Assembly (NCBI GenBank): GCA_002269645.1
Contig: NIVC01001223.1
Coordinates: forward strand, 62,001-126,000
Source: Macrostomum lignano
Lineage: Eukaryota
Reading direction: 5' to 3'
DNA length: 64,000 nt
Below the pieces are notes generated by a model that saw only the letters and a program-made list of their open reading frames with translations, did no database searches and was not told where the DNA came from. The translations under genes were made by a program, and so were the position numbers. Of the stretch, positions 39,261 through 52,367 are shown piece by piece. Within the stretch, counting starts at the first letter, position 1, and each line of letters starts with the position of its first letter.

Positions 39261-40224
39261 AGAAGACTCGAGGACCGCTTCGATGATAAGAGCAGTGTCG
39301 CTTGTCATTCTAGTCTAACATCCAGGCTTGAAAGGGATTTCACAAGGCCTAAACTAGCTTAACTTGTCTATTCTTTTATTGGCCTGTAAATTGCTTGTTT
39401 GTTATAAAAAATGGCGCACATTTTTACCGCTTGCTACTGAGAGTAGCGAGCGGTAAGCTTCTCTTAATAATTGTGTTAAAAGTTGGAATAATAACGAACG
39501 GTAAATAGATAACTACCAGCATACCTATCCAACCCAATTCGTCAGTTGCCCTGTTGTTGTCAGGCGGAACTGAGTTTAAAAATATTTTCGAGCCGCTGTC
39601 TTGTTTTCGCTTGTCTGGGGATTTCTGACAGATATTGCCATCAGCCTATGCTGTCACTGGCGTCTGAGCGGGTTTATTGATAGCCATCGCTTCGCCGTGC
39701 CATATGAAGGCCGTTTCCATATATGGCAGTCAGTTCTCTTTTTTGCACCATTCTTCATTGCCCAACTTGCGGAAACCTATTCACAGCCGATATCAGGCGG
39801 GAACTCCCCCCTCTCCCCCTCATTTGATCAATCGAAAGCACTTATTGTATAGGGATTCGCTCGTACTAGAAAAAATTTGCTTTTACTATAAATAAACTTA
39901 CACTGTCGCTTGTTGTATAGTTGTGCGTGTAATTTGTTTTATTACCTTATAATTGATGGCTCATATCTTGTAATCATGCCGCTGCCCCATACCTTACATC
40001 GCTCTCTATATTATTGAAAAAAAGGAGATTAACACAACTATCGCTGTTCAGTGCCGCTACTCCAGTAATACCCAAATCTTTTTCTGCGTATCTAACTGTC
40101 AGTATGTACTTATATTGTCATTGTTAGCACTGACTTTAATAATATACTCTTATAGGCTGCAAATCGCTGTATGTGTGAATCTAATCGAATAAGTATGCTC
40201 ACTTGCTCGAGTCAGTCTTTCTGG

Positions 40225-40452
40225 GGGACTAGGGGATTGGATAGATGGACATGATAGATGGATTAGCGGATTAGATAGATGGACTAGATAGATCGATTAG
40301 CGGATTAGATAGATGAATTAGCGGATTAGATAGATGGATTAGCGAAATAGATAGATGGATTAGCGGATTAGATAGATGGATTAGTGGATTAGATAGACTG
40401 GCGGATTAGATGGATGGACAATCGGATTAGATAGATGGTCTAGCGGATTAGC
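40225..40452. repeat. Degenerate repeat of about 21 bp (GATGGATTAGCGGATTAGATA)
   Basis: Direct inspection. Confidence 0.8.
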
Positions 40453-40541
40453 ATGTGAAATAAGCATGTTTGAGAATAAAGTTCATTAATTTCTTATCCA
40501 TTCTTAAATCGATTCAGACCCTGCGCCATTCGCACACCACT

Positions 40542-41185
40542 TCCCACACGGTCATCCAGTTCCCACACGGTCATCCAGTTCCCACACGGTCATCCAGTTC
40601 CCACACGGTCATCCAGTTCCCACACGGTCATCCAGTTCCCACACGGTCATCCAGTTCCCACACGGTCATCCAGTTCCCACACGGTCATCCAGTTCCCACA
40701 CGGTCATCCAGTTCCCACACGGTCATCCAGTTCCCACACGGTCATCCAGTTCCCACACGGTCATCCAGTTCCCACACGGTCATCCAGTTCCCACACGGTC
40801 ATCCAGTTCCCACACGGTCATCCAGTTCCCACACGGTCATCCAGTTCCCACACGGTCATCCAGTTCCCACACGGTCATCCAGTTCCCACACGGTCATCCA
40901 GTTCCCACACGGTCATCCAGTTCCCACACGGTCATCCAGTTCCCACACGGTCATCCAGTTCCCACACGGTCATCCAGTTCCCACACGGTCATCCAGTTCC
41001 CACACGGTCATCCAGTTCCCACACGGTCATCCAGTTCCCACACGGTCATCCAGTTCCCACACGGTCATCCAGTTCCCACACGGTCATCCAGTTCCCACAC
41101 GGTCATCCAGTTCCCACACGGTCATCCAGTTCCCACACGGTCATCCAGTTCCCACACGGTCATCCAGTTCCCACACGGTCATCCT
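40542..41185. repeat. 19-bp perfect minisatellite (TTCCCACACGGTCATCCAG), about 33 copies
   Basis: Period 19. Confidence 0.97.
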
Positions 41186-42028
41186 GTCCGGCCGCCATCC
41201 AGGCTGGTGATCAGAGAAAACCTAAGCCTGTGAGGCAGCTGAGCAGGATGCGATTTCACATTGAAAGATTCCGTAAACAAAAAAGGCTGCTGGGCAATGC
41301 AAATTTGAAATCTTCGTTTGATGCAGACGCAGGTCGGGCGCAAATCATGTGGGCAAACTGTGTTGTCAGAGACTCCAAGGAGTCTCAGATTTTAGATCTC
41401 TCAGATTTCAGATCTCAGATCTCAGAGTTGCGCAAATCAAAGAGCTGACTCTCGCGCGATGTCTCAAAGTCAAAGCGCCAGGCAATTACTGAAACGGAAG
41501 ATCAAAATATTCGCACCTGGGTACAAAGCCGTTCCGTTTCTGCTTCTCGCAGTCAAAGAGACTTCCTCTGAGTTCTAAAAACAGTCAGGATGCCCGGGAG
41601 CGTCTTTGACATTCCAGCGCCGGCTTCTCACCCAGATGCACTCAGGATAATGAGCGGGCGGCAAGCAGAAGCCGTGCAGGTGAGAACTGCCCGGCAACGA
41701 GGCTGTCGGGGGGGGGGGCGAGACGGATTAGATATCCCCACGGGGATGCGGACTCAGAGCAGTCTCCTGATGCGCAATGCAGACCCACAACGAAGTCTTG
41801 ATATTTTTAGTCTGGCCAGCACTGGGCTTAATGGCTTATGAGATTAGCTGGGACATTTTTCAGCTTGGCTACCGAGTGAAACTGGGATCGATGAAGCTCA
41901 AAAATTGCCTATTTTAGCCGGCAACTTTTTGGTGGATGAGCTGGACTTCGCACCTGTCCCGCATCGATACAGAAAACTTGCACTAGGTCTGCTCAGTCGA
42001 CCATGTGGAAGTTATTTAGGACGGAATA

Positions 42029-45000
42029 GATCTGGGATCTGGGATCTGGATCTGGGATCTGGATCTGGGATCTGGATCTGGGATCTGGATCTGGGATCTG
42101 GATCTGGGATCTGGATCTGGGATCTGGATCTGGGATCTGGATCTGGGATCTGGATCTGGGATCTGGATCTGGGATCTGGATCTGGGATCTGGATCTGGGA
42201 TCTGGATCTGGGATCTGGATCTGGGATCTGGATCTGGGATCTGGATCTGGGATCTGGATCTGGGATCTGGATCTGGGATCTGGATCTGGGATCTGGATCT
42301 GGGATCTGGATCTGGGATCTGGATCTGGGATCTGGATCTGGGATCTGGATCTGGGATCTGGATCTGGGATCTGGATCTGGGATCTGGATCTGGGATCTGG
42401 ATCTGGGATCTGGATCTGGGATCTGGATCTGGGATCTGGATCTGGGATCTGGATCTGGGATCTGGATCTGGGATCTGGATCTGGGATCTGGATCTGGGAT
42501 CTGGATCTGGGATCTGGATCTGGGATCTGGATCTGGGATCTGGATCTGGGATCTGGATCTGGGATCTGGATCTGGGATCTGGATCTGGGATCTGGATCTG
42601 GGATCTGGATCTGGGATCTGGATCTGGGATCTGGATCTGGGATCTGGATCTGGGATCTGGATCTGGGATCTGGATCTGGGATCTGGATCTGGGATCTGGA
42701 TCTGGGATCTGGATCTGGGATCTGGATCTGGGATCTGGATCTGGGATCTGGATCTGGGATCTGGATCTGGGATCTGGATCTGGGATCTGGATCTGGGATC
42801 TGGATCTGGGATCTGGATCTGGGATCTGGATCTGGGATCTGGATCTGGGATCTGGATCTGGGATCTGGATCTGGGATCTGGATCTGGGATCTGGATCTGG
42901 GATCTGGATCTGGGATCTGGATCTGGGATCTGGATCTGGGATCTGGATCTGGGATCTGGATCTGGGATCTGGATCTGGGATCTGGATCTGGGATCTGGAT
43001 CTGGGATCTGGATCTGGGATCTGGATCTGGGATCTGGATCTGGGATCTGGATCTGGGATCTGGATCTGGGATCTGGATCTGGGATCTGGATCTGGGATCT
43101 GGATCTGGGATCTGGATCTGGGATCTGGATCTGGGATCTGGATCTGGGATCTGGATCTGGGATCTGGATCTGGGATCTGGATCTGGGATCTGGATCTGGG
43201 ATCTGGATCTGGGATCTGGATCTGGGATCTGGATCTGGGATCTGGATCTGGGATCTGGATCTGGGATCTGGATCTGGGATCTGGATCTGGGATCTGGATC
43301 TGGGATCTGGATCTGGGATCTGGATCTGGGATCTGGATCTGGGATCTGGATCTGGGATCTGGATCTGGGATCTGGATCTGGGATCTGGATCTGGGATCTG
43401 GATCTGGGATCTGGATCTGGGATCTGGATCTGGGATCTGGATCTGGGATCTGGATCTGGGATCTGGATCTGGGATCTGGATCTGGGATCTGGATCTGGGA
43501 TCTGGATCTGGGATCTGGATCTGGGATCTGGATCTGGGATCTGGATCTGGGATCTGGATCTGGGATCTGGATCTGGGATCTGGATCTGGGATCTGGATCT
43601 GGGATCTGGATCTGGGATCTGGATCTGGGATCTGGATCTGGGATCTGGATCTGGGATCTGGATCTGGGATCTGGATCTGGGATCTGGATCTGGGATCTGG
43701 ATCTGGGATCTGGATCTGGGATCTGGATCTGGGATCTGGATCTGGGATCTGGATCTGGGATCTGGATCTGGGATCTGGATCTGGGATCTGGATCTGGGAT
43801 CTGGATCTGGGATCTGGATCTGGGATCTGGATCTGGGATCTGGATCTGGGATCTGGATCTGGGATCTGGATCTGGGATCTGGATCTGGGATCTGGATCTG
43901 GGATCTGGATCTGGGATCTGGATCTGGGATCTGGATCTGGGATCTGGATCTGGGATCTGGATCTGGGATCTGGATCTGGGATCTGGATCTGGGATCTGGA
44001 TCTGGGATCTGGATCTGGGATCTGGATCTGGGATCTGGATCTGGGATCTGGATCTGGGATCTGGATCTGGGATCTGGATCTGGGATCTGGATCTGGGATC
44101 TGGATCTGGGATCTGGATCTGGGATCTGGATCTGGGATCTGGATCTGGGATCTGGATCTGGGATCTGGATCTGGGATCTGGATCTGGGATCTGGATCTGG
44201 GATCTGGATCTGGGATCTGGATCTGGGATCTGGATCTGGGATCTGGATCTGGGATCTGGATCTGGGATCTGGATCTGGGATCTGGATCTGGGATCTGGAT
44301 CTGGGATCTGGATCTGGGATCTGGATCTGGGATCTGGATCTGGGATCTGGATCTGGGATCTGGATCTGGGATCTGGATCTGGGATCTGGATCTGGGATCT
44401 GGATCTGGGATCTGGATCTGGGATCTGGATCTGGGATCTGGATCTGGGATCTGGATCTGGGATCTGGATCTGGGATCTGGATCTGGGATCTGGATCTGGG
44501 ATCTGGATCTGGGATCTGGATCTGGGATCTGGATCTGGGATCTGGATCTGGGATCTGGATCTGGGATCTGGATCTGGGATCTGGATCTGGGATCTGGATC
44601 TGGGATCTGGATCTGGGATCTGGATCTGGGATCTGGATCTGGGATCTGGATCTGGGATCTGGATCTGGGATCTGGATCTGGGATCTGGATCTGGGATCTG
44701 GATCTGGGATCTGGATCTGGGATCTGGATCTGGGATCTGGATCTGGGATCTGGATCTGGGATCTGGATCTGGGATCTGGATCTGGGATCTGGATCTGGGA
44801 TCTGGATCTGGGATCTGGATCTGGGATCTGGATCTGGGATCTGGATCTGGGATCTGGATCTGGGATCTGGATCTGGGATCTGGATCTGGGATCTGGATCT
44901 GGGATCTGGATCTGGGATCTGGATCTGGGATCTGGATCTGGGATCTGGATCTGGGATCTGGATCTGGGATCTGGATCTGGGATCTGGATCTGGGATCTGG

Positions 45001-45129
45001 ATCTGGGATCTGGATCTGGGATCTGGATCTGGGATCTGGATCTGGGATCTGGATCTGGGATCTGGATCTGGGATCTGGATCTGGGATCTGGATCTGGGAT
45101 CTGGATCTGGGATCTGGATCTGGGATCTG
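42029..45129. repeat. 13-bp satellite (CTGGGATCTGGAT), about 238 apparently identical copies
   Basis: Direct inspection. Confidence 0.98.
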
Positions 45130-45639
45130 AGTTATATTTATAAGAGTTATGGTTATAAGGTTATAAGAGAAATATTTAATATCTCCCACTAGCACTGTTC
45201 TGAATGCATTCCCATGCACTTAAAGAGCTACACATAGCGGAAATGGATTTTGATCCGCTAACGCAGTGTATGTCTTTTCCTAGAATTGCAGTGCGGGCAC
45301 AACTGCGCGATGCACTAATGCGATAGCAGCGACCTAGTAGCAGAAAAACAATTTGGTTCCACAATGTTGACAGCATATTAATTTGTCTTAACAGTGGCGC
45401 CTCCAGCAGCTTGGAAAGATGTTGGAAAACAGAAACATTACAAACTGAATTACATGTAGAATTATCTGATCTCTCATTGGCTGCAGATTATCTATAAATA
45501 TGTGGGTACCAGCGGCGTCTCGGACACTGCAGAGAGCCGAACTGCCTCTCGGACACGTGTGACCGTGTGACACCCAGCTCTAACCGACTCTCCTATTCTC
45601 CACTGGGTAAGCTTCACTGCGGCACATTTATAACTGTCA

Positions 45640-46025
<386 letters not shown>

Positions 46026-46065
46026 GCCAGCCAATCCCCGCCTCCCTCTTTGCCAGCAGAAAACG

Positions 46066-46323
46066 ATGGCATTCATTCTTAGCCGCCGCCACCTGTTCCT
46101 GACTGTCATCGCCCTGGGCTGCATTCTCGCGGCCGCCGGAGATGCCGCCGGCGCCGCGGCCAGCTCGACGAGTGGCTGCACCCGGGAGGTCGGCGCAACC
46201 GCCGAGTGTCGCAGCCACGCCGACTGCTGCGAGCCGAACCTCTGTCTGAAGAAGCGGGGCAACACGGTCGGATACTGCTGCTGCACCTGGCCCTCCTACG
46301 GCAGCGAGGCTGATGGCAAATAA
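46066..46323 (+). CDS. Putative secreted cysteine-rich (ICK/knottin-like) peptide precursor, 85 aa
   Basis: Strong start context (acgATGG), marked GC3 codon bias, hydrophobic signal peptide, C-x9-C-x5-CC-x4-C-x10-CCC pattern, terminal GK*. Confidence 0.75.
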   Translation: MAFILSRRHLFLTVIALGCILAAAGDAAGAAASSTSGCTREVGATAECRSHADCCEPNLCLKKRGNTVGYCCCTWPSYGSEADGK

Positions 46324-46984
46324 TGAGCCGATGCGGCCCCGGCAACATTGAGACAAAAACACTCGAAAAACAACGTTGGAAAATACTGGCCCCGAAACTC
46401 CCCACCCCCAGTCCTTACTGGCTCCGTGAACTGAGCACGAATTTTGATTGCTGCTTTTAGTATAGCTGCTTTGCTTGTCCAATTTATAAAAATCTTTAAT
46501 GGGAACACAAAAGTACATGCGATATTTTTTTAAATCTGACTGAATTGATGTTCTGCGCAGTGTGTGAATATTCTCTGTCATGAATTCATGTGAACTTTTG
46601 TCACTGAGCGCGCGCTAATGTACTTCTGGTTGTGAATGCTGCCCGTGTGAAATTTCTTGTGAATCGAGGTGACTATTTAGCTAATGTAATACTCTGAACC
46701 AATTTAAATATAAATTTTAACGGCAAAACATGTTCAAAGGCAAAGTGCGCTATCATTTTACAACAGTTTTTTACTCACAGCAGACTACTCACAGCCGGCT
46801 GAAAAAGTAACGTTAGCAAGACCGGAGAATGGGTGCATGAGCACTTACATGTATAAGTGCATAACCACATCTACATGTATCTAGGATTCAATATATTTAT
46901 TTATCTGCATGGATAAGTGCGTAATATACTTCCTCACTGTGAAGATCACATGGTCAGGCCATGGACACACGTACTATAAGCCTT

Positions 46985-47150
46985 AGACCTTCGGCCAGCT
47001 ATAAAGCTGTGGCAAAACAAGCAGTTGTCTATGGCCCAAACTTTGACCAGCTATAAAGCTCTGTGAGAAAACAAGCAGATGTCTATGGCCCAACCTTAGA
47101 CCAGCTATAATTAGGTTGTGTGACAAAACAAGCAGTTGTTTATGGCCAAA
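46985..47150. repeat. Three degenerate repeats of about 55 bp (ccagctataaagct...aaaacaagcagttgtctatggcccaa)
   Basis: Direct inspection. Confidence 0.75.
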
Positions 47151-47244
47151 GCTCACTAACCTCGTAGAATTTCTAGCTTGGATACTTCTCACTTAGCTTG
47201 ACAAAAGCAGCTATTAAGCATACCCACCTTAACCCGCGTTACTA

Positions 47245-47928
47245 TAGCATTTTGCGTTGCACTTAAGCTTACGGGCAAATCACTTGATCCTAAGTGGCAG
47301 AATTACACTGGCGAGGCAGCTGCCGATCGATTCTATGGTCTCAACTGGTGGCTAGTAGGCAATTTACTTTAGCCTTGGGGCACAGACTTAATCCATTTAT
47401 GCTCTATCGCAATTTGAAAAGCTTTCAATCGGCCGCCCAGTGGGTGGTGTTGTGGCAAGGGTATAATTTTAATCAGTCAATATGAGCAAATGAGCAAATT
47501 GATGACGGCGTCCAGTAACTTCGTATCGCCTTCGGATAGACAAAACAGTCTTAATGTTGACCTGGAATCATCGCGCGACGTCGACCGGCCGCTCATCCCT
47601 GTCTAGGGTCGATGACGAGGCTGTGCTTTTCATCCCTCATCCTTGACCACGGTCTACGTTGTTGTCCGTCACCAATTCCATCTGGTGCAGTTTCATAGCT
47701 AGCTTTGCTGGCCTCATCTTCCGAGCTCATGTTGCTGCGAGCCTTAGCTTCTAGTTCGCTTTGATAGAGCATGAATGGATTAAGTCAGTGCCCCCAAGGC
47801 TTAAGTAACTTGCCCGGCAGCCAACGGTTTGGGCCATAGACTCGATCGGCAGCTGCCCTCGCCAGTGTAATCCTGCCACTTAGGATCAAGTGATTTGCCC
47901 GTAAGCTTAAGTGCAACGCAAAATGCTA
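47245..47928. mobile_element. Non-autonomous DNA transposon (MITE) with TIRs of about 165 bp and a probable TA target-site duplication
   Basis: 47245-47408 is the reverse complement of 47763-47928 (termini TAGCATTTTGCGTTGCAC...); TA on both flanks. Confidence 0.88.
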
Positions 47929-48611
47929 TATTTTATTCAAAAGCGAAGTACAAGCTGCAGGATGTGCCAGGGAGGCAAGTAATTGCATTTAGTGTTTGGG
48001 AATGCCGAAGCCGGAGGCCTAAAATTTTCTCACTTGCCATGATGTGAAATTCATAGAACTATAAATTAATTTATTTTTTACTTTATATGTTATTTGCTCT
48101 CGTAATGCTTGTAACTGAGACAAAAATAAAGAAAAAGAAAAAAAGACGATTTCCCAAATTTAGTTAAAGAAACCCATTAAATTATGCACTAAAAAGCGAG
48201 CAGAAAAGATTCCGTGCATTTTATTTAGGAATGTCAATTGGAAGCGAATCGACCTGTTAGTTCTAGAACAAGACAGAAAAACGGTTTATATCATATGCAA
48301 ATCTATATCGAATATATAGCGCATTTTCCAGGAATGCTACTGACAAGTAGACAAGCAAGCAATAAATCAACTAAAAGCGAGAATTAACGTTTACTACGGT
48401 CGAGGCATTGGCAGACATAAATATAAAAAATAATTATTTGACACAAAGTTCTCGATTGAGATTTCAGATTTGGTTCAAGGACCACTAGAAGAAGATTCTA
48501 GTGGTCCTTGATTTGGTTCTTTTAAAAATAATTTCTCGATCTAGCCGTAAAAACGGTTATAAGATTGTTTTAAAATTTATTGAAATTTGCTCGTCAGCGA
48601 AGTAATGGTAG

Positions 48612-49220
48612 TGGGCTGGTCAGAAGGGAGTGTACACTGTGGGACTGCTAATTAGGGGCTGGTCAGAAGGGAGTGTACACTGTGGGACTGCTAATTAGGG
48701 GCTGGTCAGAATGGAGTGTACACTGTGGGACTGCTAATTAGGGCTGGTCAGAAGGGAGTGTACACTGTGGGACTGCTAATTAGGGGCTGGTCAGAAGGGA
48801 GTGTACACTGTGGGACTGCTAATTAGGGGCTGGTCAGAAGGGAGTGTACACTGTGGGACTGCTAATTAGGGGCTGGTCAGAAGGGAGTGTACACTGTGGG
48901 ACTGCTAATTAGGGCTGGTCAGAAGGGAGTGTACACTGTGGGACTTCTAATTAGGGGCTGGTCAGAAGGGAGTGTACACTGTGGGACTTCTAATTAGGGC
49001 TGGTCAGAAGGGAGTGTTCACTGTGGGACTTCTAATTAGGGGCTGGTCAGAAGGGAGTGTACACTGTGGGACTGCTAATTAGGGGCTGGTCAGAAGGGAG
49101 TGTACACTGTGGGACTTCTAATTAGGGGCTGGTCAGAAGGGAGTGTACACTGTGGGACTTCTAATTAGGGCTGGTCAGAAGGGAGTGTACACTGTGGGAC
49201 TTCTAATTAGGGCTGGTCAA
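48612..49220. repeat. 43-44-bp minisatellite (GGGCTGGTCAGAAGGGAGTGTACACTGTGGGACTGCTAATTAGG), about 14 copies
   Basis: Direct inspection. Confidence 0.95.
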
Positions 49221-49744
49221 GTGGGGAGTGTAAAATTGGGTCTCGGACTATTTGGTTTGAAAAAATTAAATATTGTGAACATTCATAAAAATCATAGTGT
49301 TTTTTGTTATTAAAAAAATTGCACAGAGCTCTCTGTGCAGATTAAAAGTTGATTTAAAAACAAAAAGAATCAAGAATGTCGTAAGTACAGCTGCATTAGT
49401 TAGTTGGTTTAAAAGAGAATGTACTCGTCTACGCATAGAATAAGATTTTATATTTGCACGCAAATATCACAATTATTTAAGATTAAATTTCATCAAGTGT
49501 CTAGAACAGCGACCGTGGACTCAGCAAAGCACTTCTGTAGGATCTGAGACTGCGAGGGGCAGACATTAGCAGTGCTGCTAGACGATGTAGCTCGCTGATG
49601 TAGTTGGACTTGTGACTGAGCCTGCAATTGCACAGATTATGCAGTATTGTATCCCCAGATCTGCAGTGCATGTCTAACCATCTGTCTAGACAAGCAACTA
49701 GGCCCGTGTTTTCCCTTCCATGTCTGAAGAAAATTGAATAGCAA

Positions 49745-51272
49745 GGTCAAAATTCCTGATCCCAATCTGAGATCCCAGATTCCCGATCCCAATCTGAGAT
49801 CCCACATTCCTGATCCCAATCTGGAATCCCACATTCCTGATCCCAATCTGAAATCCCACATTCCTGATCCCAATCTGAAATCCCACATTCCTGATCCCAA
49901 TCTGAAATCCCACATACCTGATCCCAATTTTAAATCCCACATACCTGATCCCAATTTTAAATCCCATATTCCTGATCCTAATCTGAAATCCCACATTGAT
50001 CCCAATCTGAGATCCCAGATTCCCGATCCCAATCTGGAATCCCGGATTCCTGATCCCAATCTGCAATCCCAGATTCCTGATTCCAATCTGAGATTCCAGA
50101 TTCCTGATCCCAATTTTAAATCCCAGATTCCTGATCCAAATATGAAATCCCACATTCCTGATCCCAATCTGAAATCCCACATTCCTGATCCCAATCTGAA
50201 ATCCCACATTCCTGATCCCAATTTTAAATCCCAGATTCCTGATCCTCATCTGCAATCCCACATTCCTGATCCCAATCTGAGATCCCACATTCCTGATCCC
50301 AATCTGAAATCCCACATACCTGATCCCAATTTTAAATCCCATATTCCTGATCCTAATCTGAAATCCCACATTGATCCCAATCTGAGATCCCAGATTCCCG
50401 ATTCCAATCTGGAATCCCGGATTCCTGATCCCAATCTGCAATCCCAGATTCCTGATTCCAATCTGAGATCCCAGATTCCTGATCCCAATTTTAAATCCCA
50501 GATTCCTGATCCCAATCTGAAATCCCATATTCCTGATCCAAATATGAAATCCCAGATTCCTGATCCCAATCTGAAAACCCAGATTCCTGATCCTTATCTG
50601 CAATCCCAAATTCCTGATCCCAATTTGAAATCTCACATTTCTGATCCCAATCTGAGATCCCAGATTCCTGATCCTAATCTGAGATCCCGGATTCCTAATC
50701 CCAATCTGAGATCCCAGATTCCTGATCCCAATTTGAAATCCCACATTTCTGATCCCAATCTGAAATCCCAGATTTCTGATCTTAATCTGAGATCCCGGAT
50801 TCCTGATCCTAATCTGAGATCCCAGATTCCTGATCCCAATTTGAAATCCCACATTCCCGATCCCAATCTGAGATCCCGGATTCCTGATCCCAATCTGAAA
50901 TCCAGGATTCCTGATCCTAATCTGTAATCCCAGATTCCTAATCCCAATCTGAAATCCCAGATTCCCGATCCCAATTTTAAATTTCATATTTCTGATCCCA
51001 ATCTGAGATCCCAGTTTCCTGATCCTCATCTGCAATCCCACATTCCTGATCCCAATCTGAGATCCCACATACCTGATCCCAATTTGAAATCCCACATTTC
51101 TGATCCCAATCTGAGATCCCAGATTTCTGATCCCAATCCATAATCCAGGATTCCTGATCCTCATCTGCAATCCCAGATTCCTGATCCCAATCTGAAGTCC
51201 CACAGTCCTGATCCCAATCTGAGATCCCACGTTCGTGATCCCAATCTGAGATCCCAGATTCCTGATCCCAAT
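49745..51272. repeat. 27-bp diverged minisatellite (TTCCTGATCCCAATCTGAAATCCCACA-like)
   Basis: Period 27; source of the SQIPDPNLR pseudo-ORFs. Confidence 0.95.
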
Positions 51273-51284
51273 TTGTGTGCTCAC

Positions 51285-51744
51285 TCCTGCCGCCATAGCC
51301 CGAAGGCTTCCGATTCCTGTTGGCCGACAGCGAAGAAGCCGAAGAAGAGACCGTCGCCATTGCCAAGTCGTCGTTTCCGCCGCCGCGACCGACGCCGCCG
51401 ATGCCGTTAACTCTGCCGCCGTCGCTGCCCGAGACGAACTGCACCGGCGGCAGTCCGACTGGCGACGGATAACGCGTCTGCTGGTTGTGAAGGCTGCTGG
51501 GCTGTTGCTGCTGCTGCTGTTGTTGCTGGGAGACGGGCCGCTGCGGCTGCGACTGCCGCCGGGGATTCTCCGTCCGAAGCGGCGGCGGCGGTGGGCGCCA
51601 TTCGGGATCGAGCTCTGAGTCGAATTTTGCTAAGGACGGGGCCGTCGGTCCGAATAAAATGTAGCAGAAATTTGCGCAGCCGCCGCCGTGGTCGAACGGG
51701 TTGATCAGATCCGGGTTGCGCTTTGTGTTGTACAGGTCCTTGAT
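51285..51744 (-). CDS. ZDHHC14: ZDHHC9/14/18-type palmitoyltransferase coding exon 5 (IKDLYNTKRNPDLINPFDHGGGCANFCYILFGP + low-complexity tail); the terminal exon is not resolved
   Basis: accaccag acceptor continues TNED|IK; probable A|gtgagc donor at 51285. Confidence 0.85.
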
Positions 51745-51789
51745 CTGGTGGTTAGGGAGAGGGTTGATGAGAAGTAGCACTAGTGTTGG

Positions 51790-52085
51790 CCAGGGCCTTC
51801 CCGAGGGTCTGAGAGCCGTGCTACATTTCCCTGGGTGTCTAGAACCTGGCCCAGATCTCTGTAGATTGGGCTAGATCTCCCTGAGCATCTAGAGACTGTG
51901 CTACGAGTAATCACCCGTAGTATCTTCGCTCGTATGGACTGCGCACGCTAGAACACCCTGAATATCTAGAGGCTGTGCTGGATCTCTGAGGATCTGTAGA
52001 CTGTGCTAGACTACTCCTGGGTATCTAGAGAATGTGCTAGATCTCTGAGTATCTGGAGGCTGTGCTAGAGATTCTCCACAATCCA
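51790..52085. repeat. Degenerate short repeats (ctgtgctagatctct...tctagag) in a ZDHHC intron
   Basis: Recurring motif, poorly periodic. Confidence 0.6.
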
Positions 52086-52098
52086 CAGCAGCGCTCAC

Positions 52099-52201
52099 AT
52101 CCTCATTCGTGGAGGTCTCGCGGCAGATCAGCAGGGTGTGGAAGCCGCCAAGTCCAACCACAGAGAACAAGGAGAAAAATGCCACCAAGATGACTACCAG
52201 A
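52099..52201 (-). CDS. ZDHHC14: ZDHHC coding exon 4 (S-LVVILVAFFSLFSVVGLGGFHTLLICRETSTNED)
   Basis: TM4 and TTxE-like motif; AC acceptor of the U12 intron; GAT|gtgagc donor. Confidence 0.93.
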
Positions 52202-52312
52202 GTGCAGACGGGAAGATTGAGTTGAGTTAAGGAAAACAAACACTTTAATTGCTGCTTAAAAATATCAAATATGGTAAAACTAGGTTTAAAAGTATTTTTT
52301 GACAAAGGATAT
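52202..52312 (-). other. U12-type (minor spliceosome) AT-AC intron, 111 nt
   Basis: 5' splice site ATATCCTTT; branch site TTCCTTAAC (52226-52234); terminal AC; removal restores ...RESPT-S-LVVIL, matching the family DSPAS-VL region. Confidence 0.92.
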
Positions 52313-52367
52313 CTGGTAGGCGACTCTCTCAGCACCTGGATAAAGTCTCCATTTTTTTGCCTGCTCA
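52313..52367 (-). CDS. ZDHHC14: ZDHHC coding exon 3 (L-SRQKNGDFIQVLRESPT-S)
   Basis: atttcag acceptor in phase 1 with exon 2; ends at the U12 donor. Confidence 0.9.

Noticed and set aside
41905-45219. ORFs of more than 1000 aa on both strands (GSGSGIWIWDLDL / PDPDPRSRSQIQI)
   Set aside because: They are stop-free translations of a 13-bp satellite, with no unique domain or splice context
49490-49625. Candidate terminal ZDHHC exon after a ttgcag acceptor
   Set aside because: The phase matching the 51285 donor gives only about 14 codons, the longer frame is out of phase, and there is no homology to arbitrate
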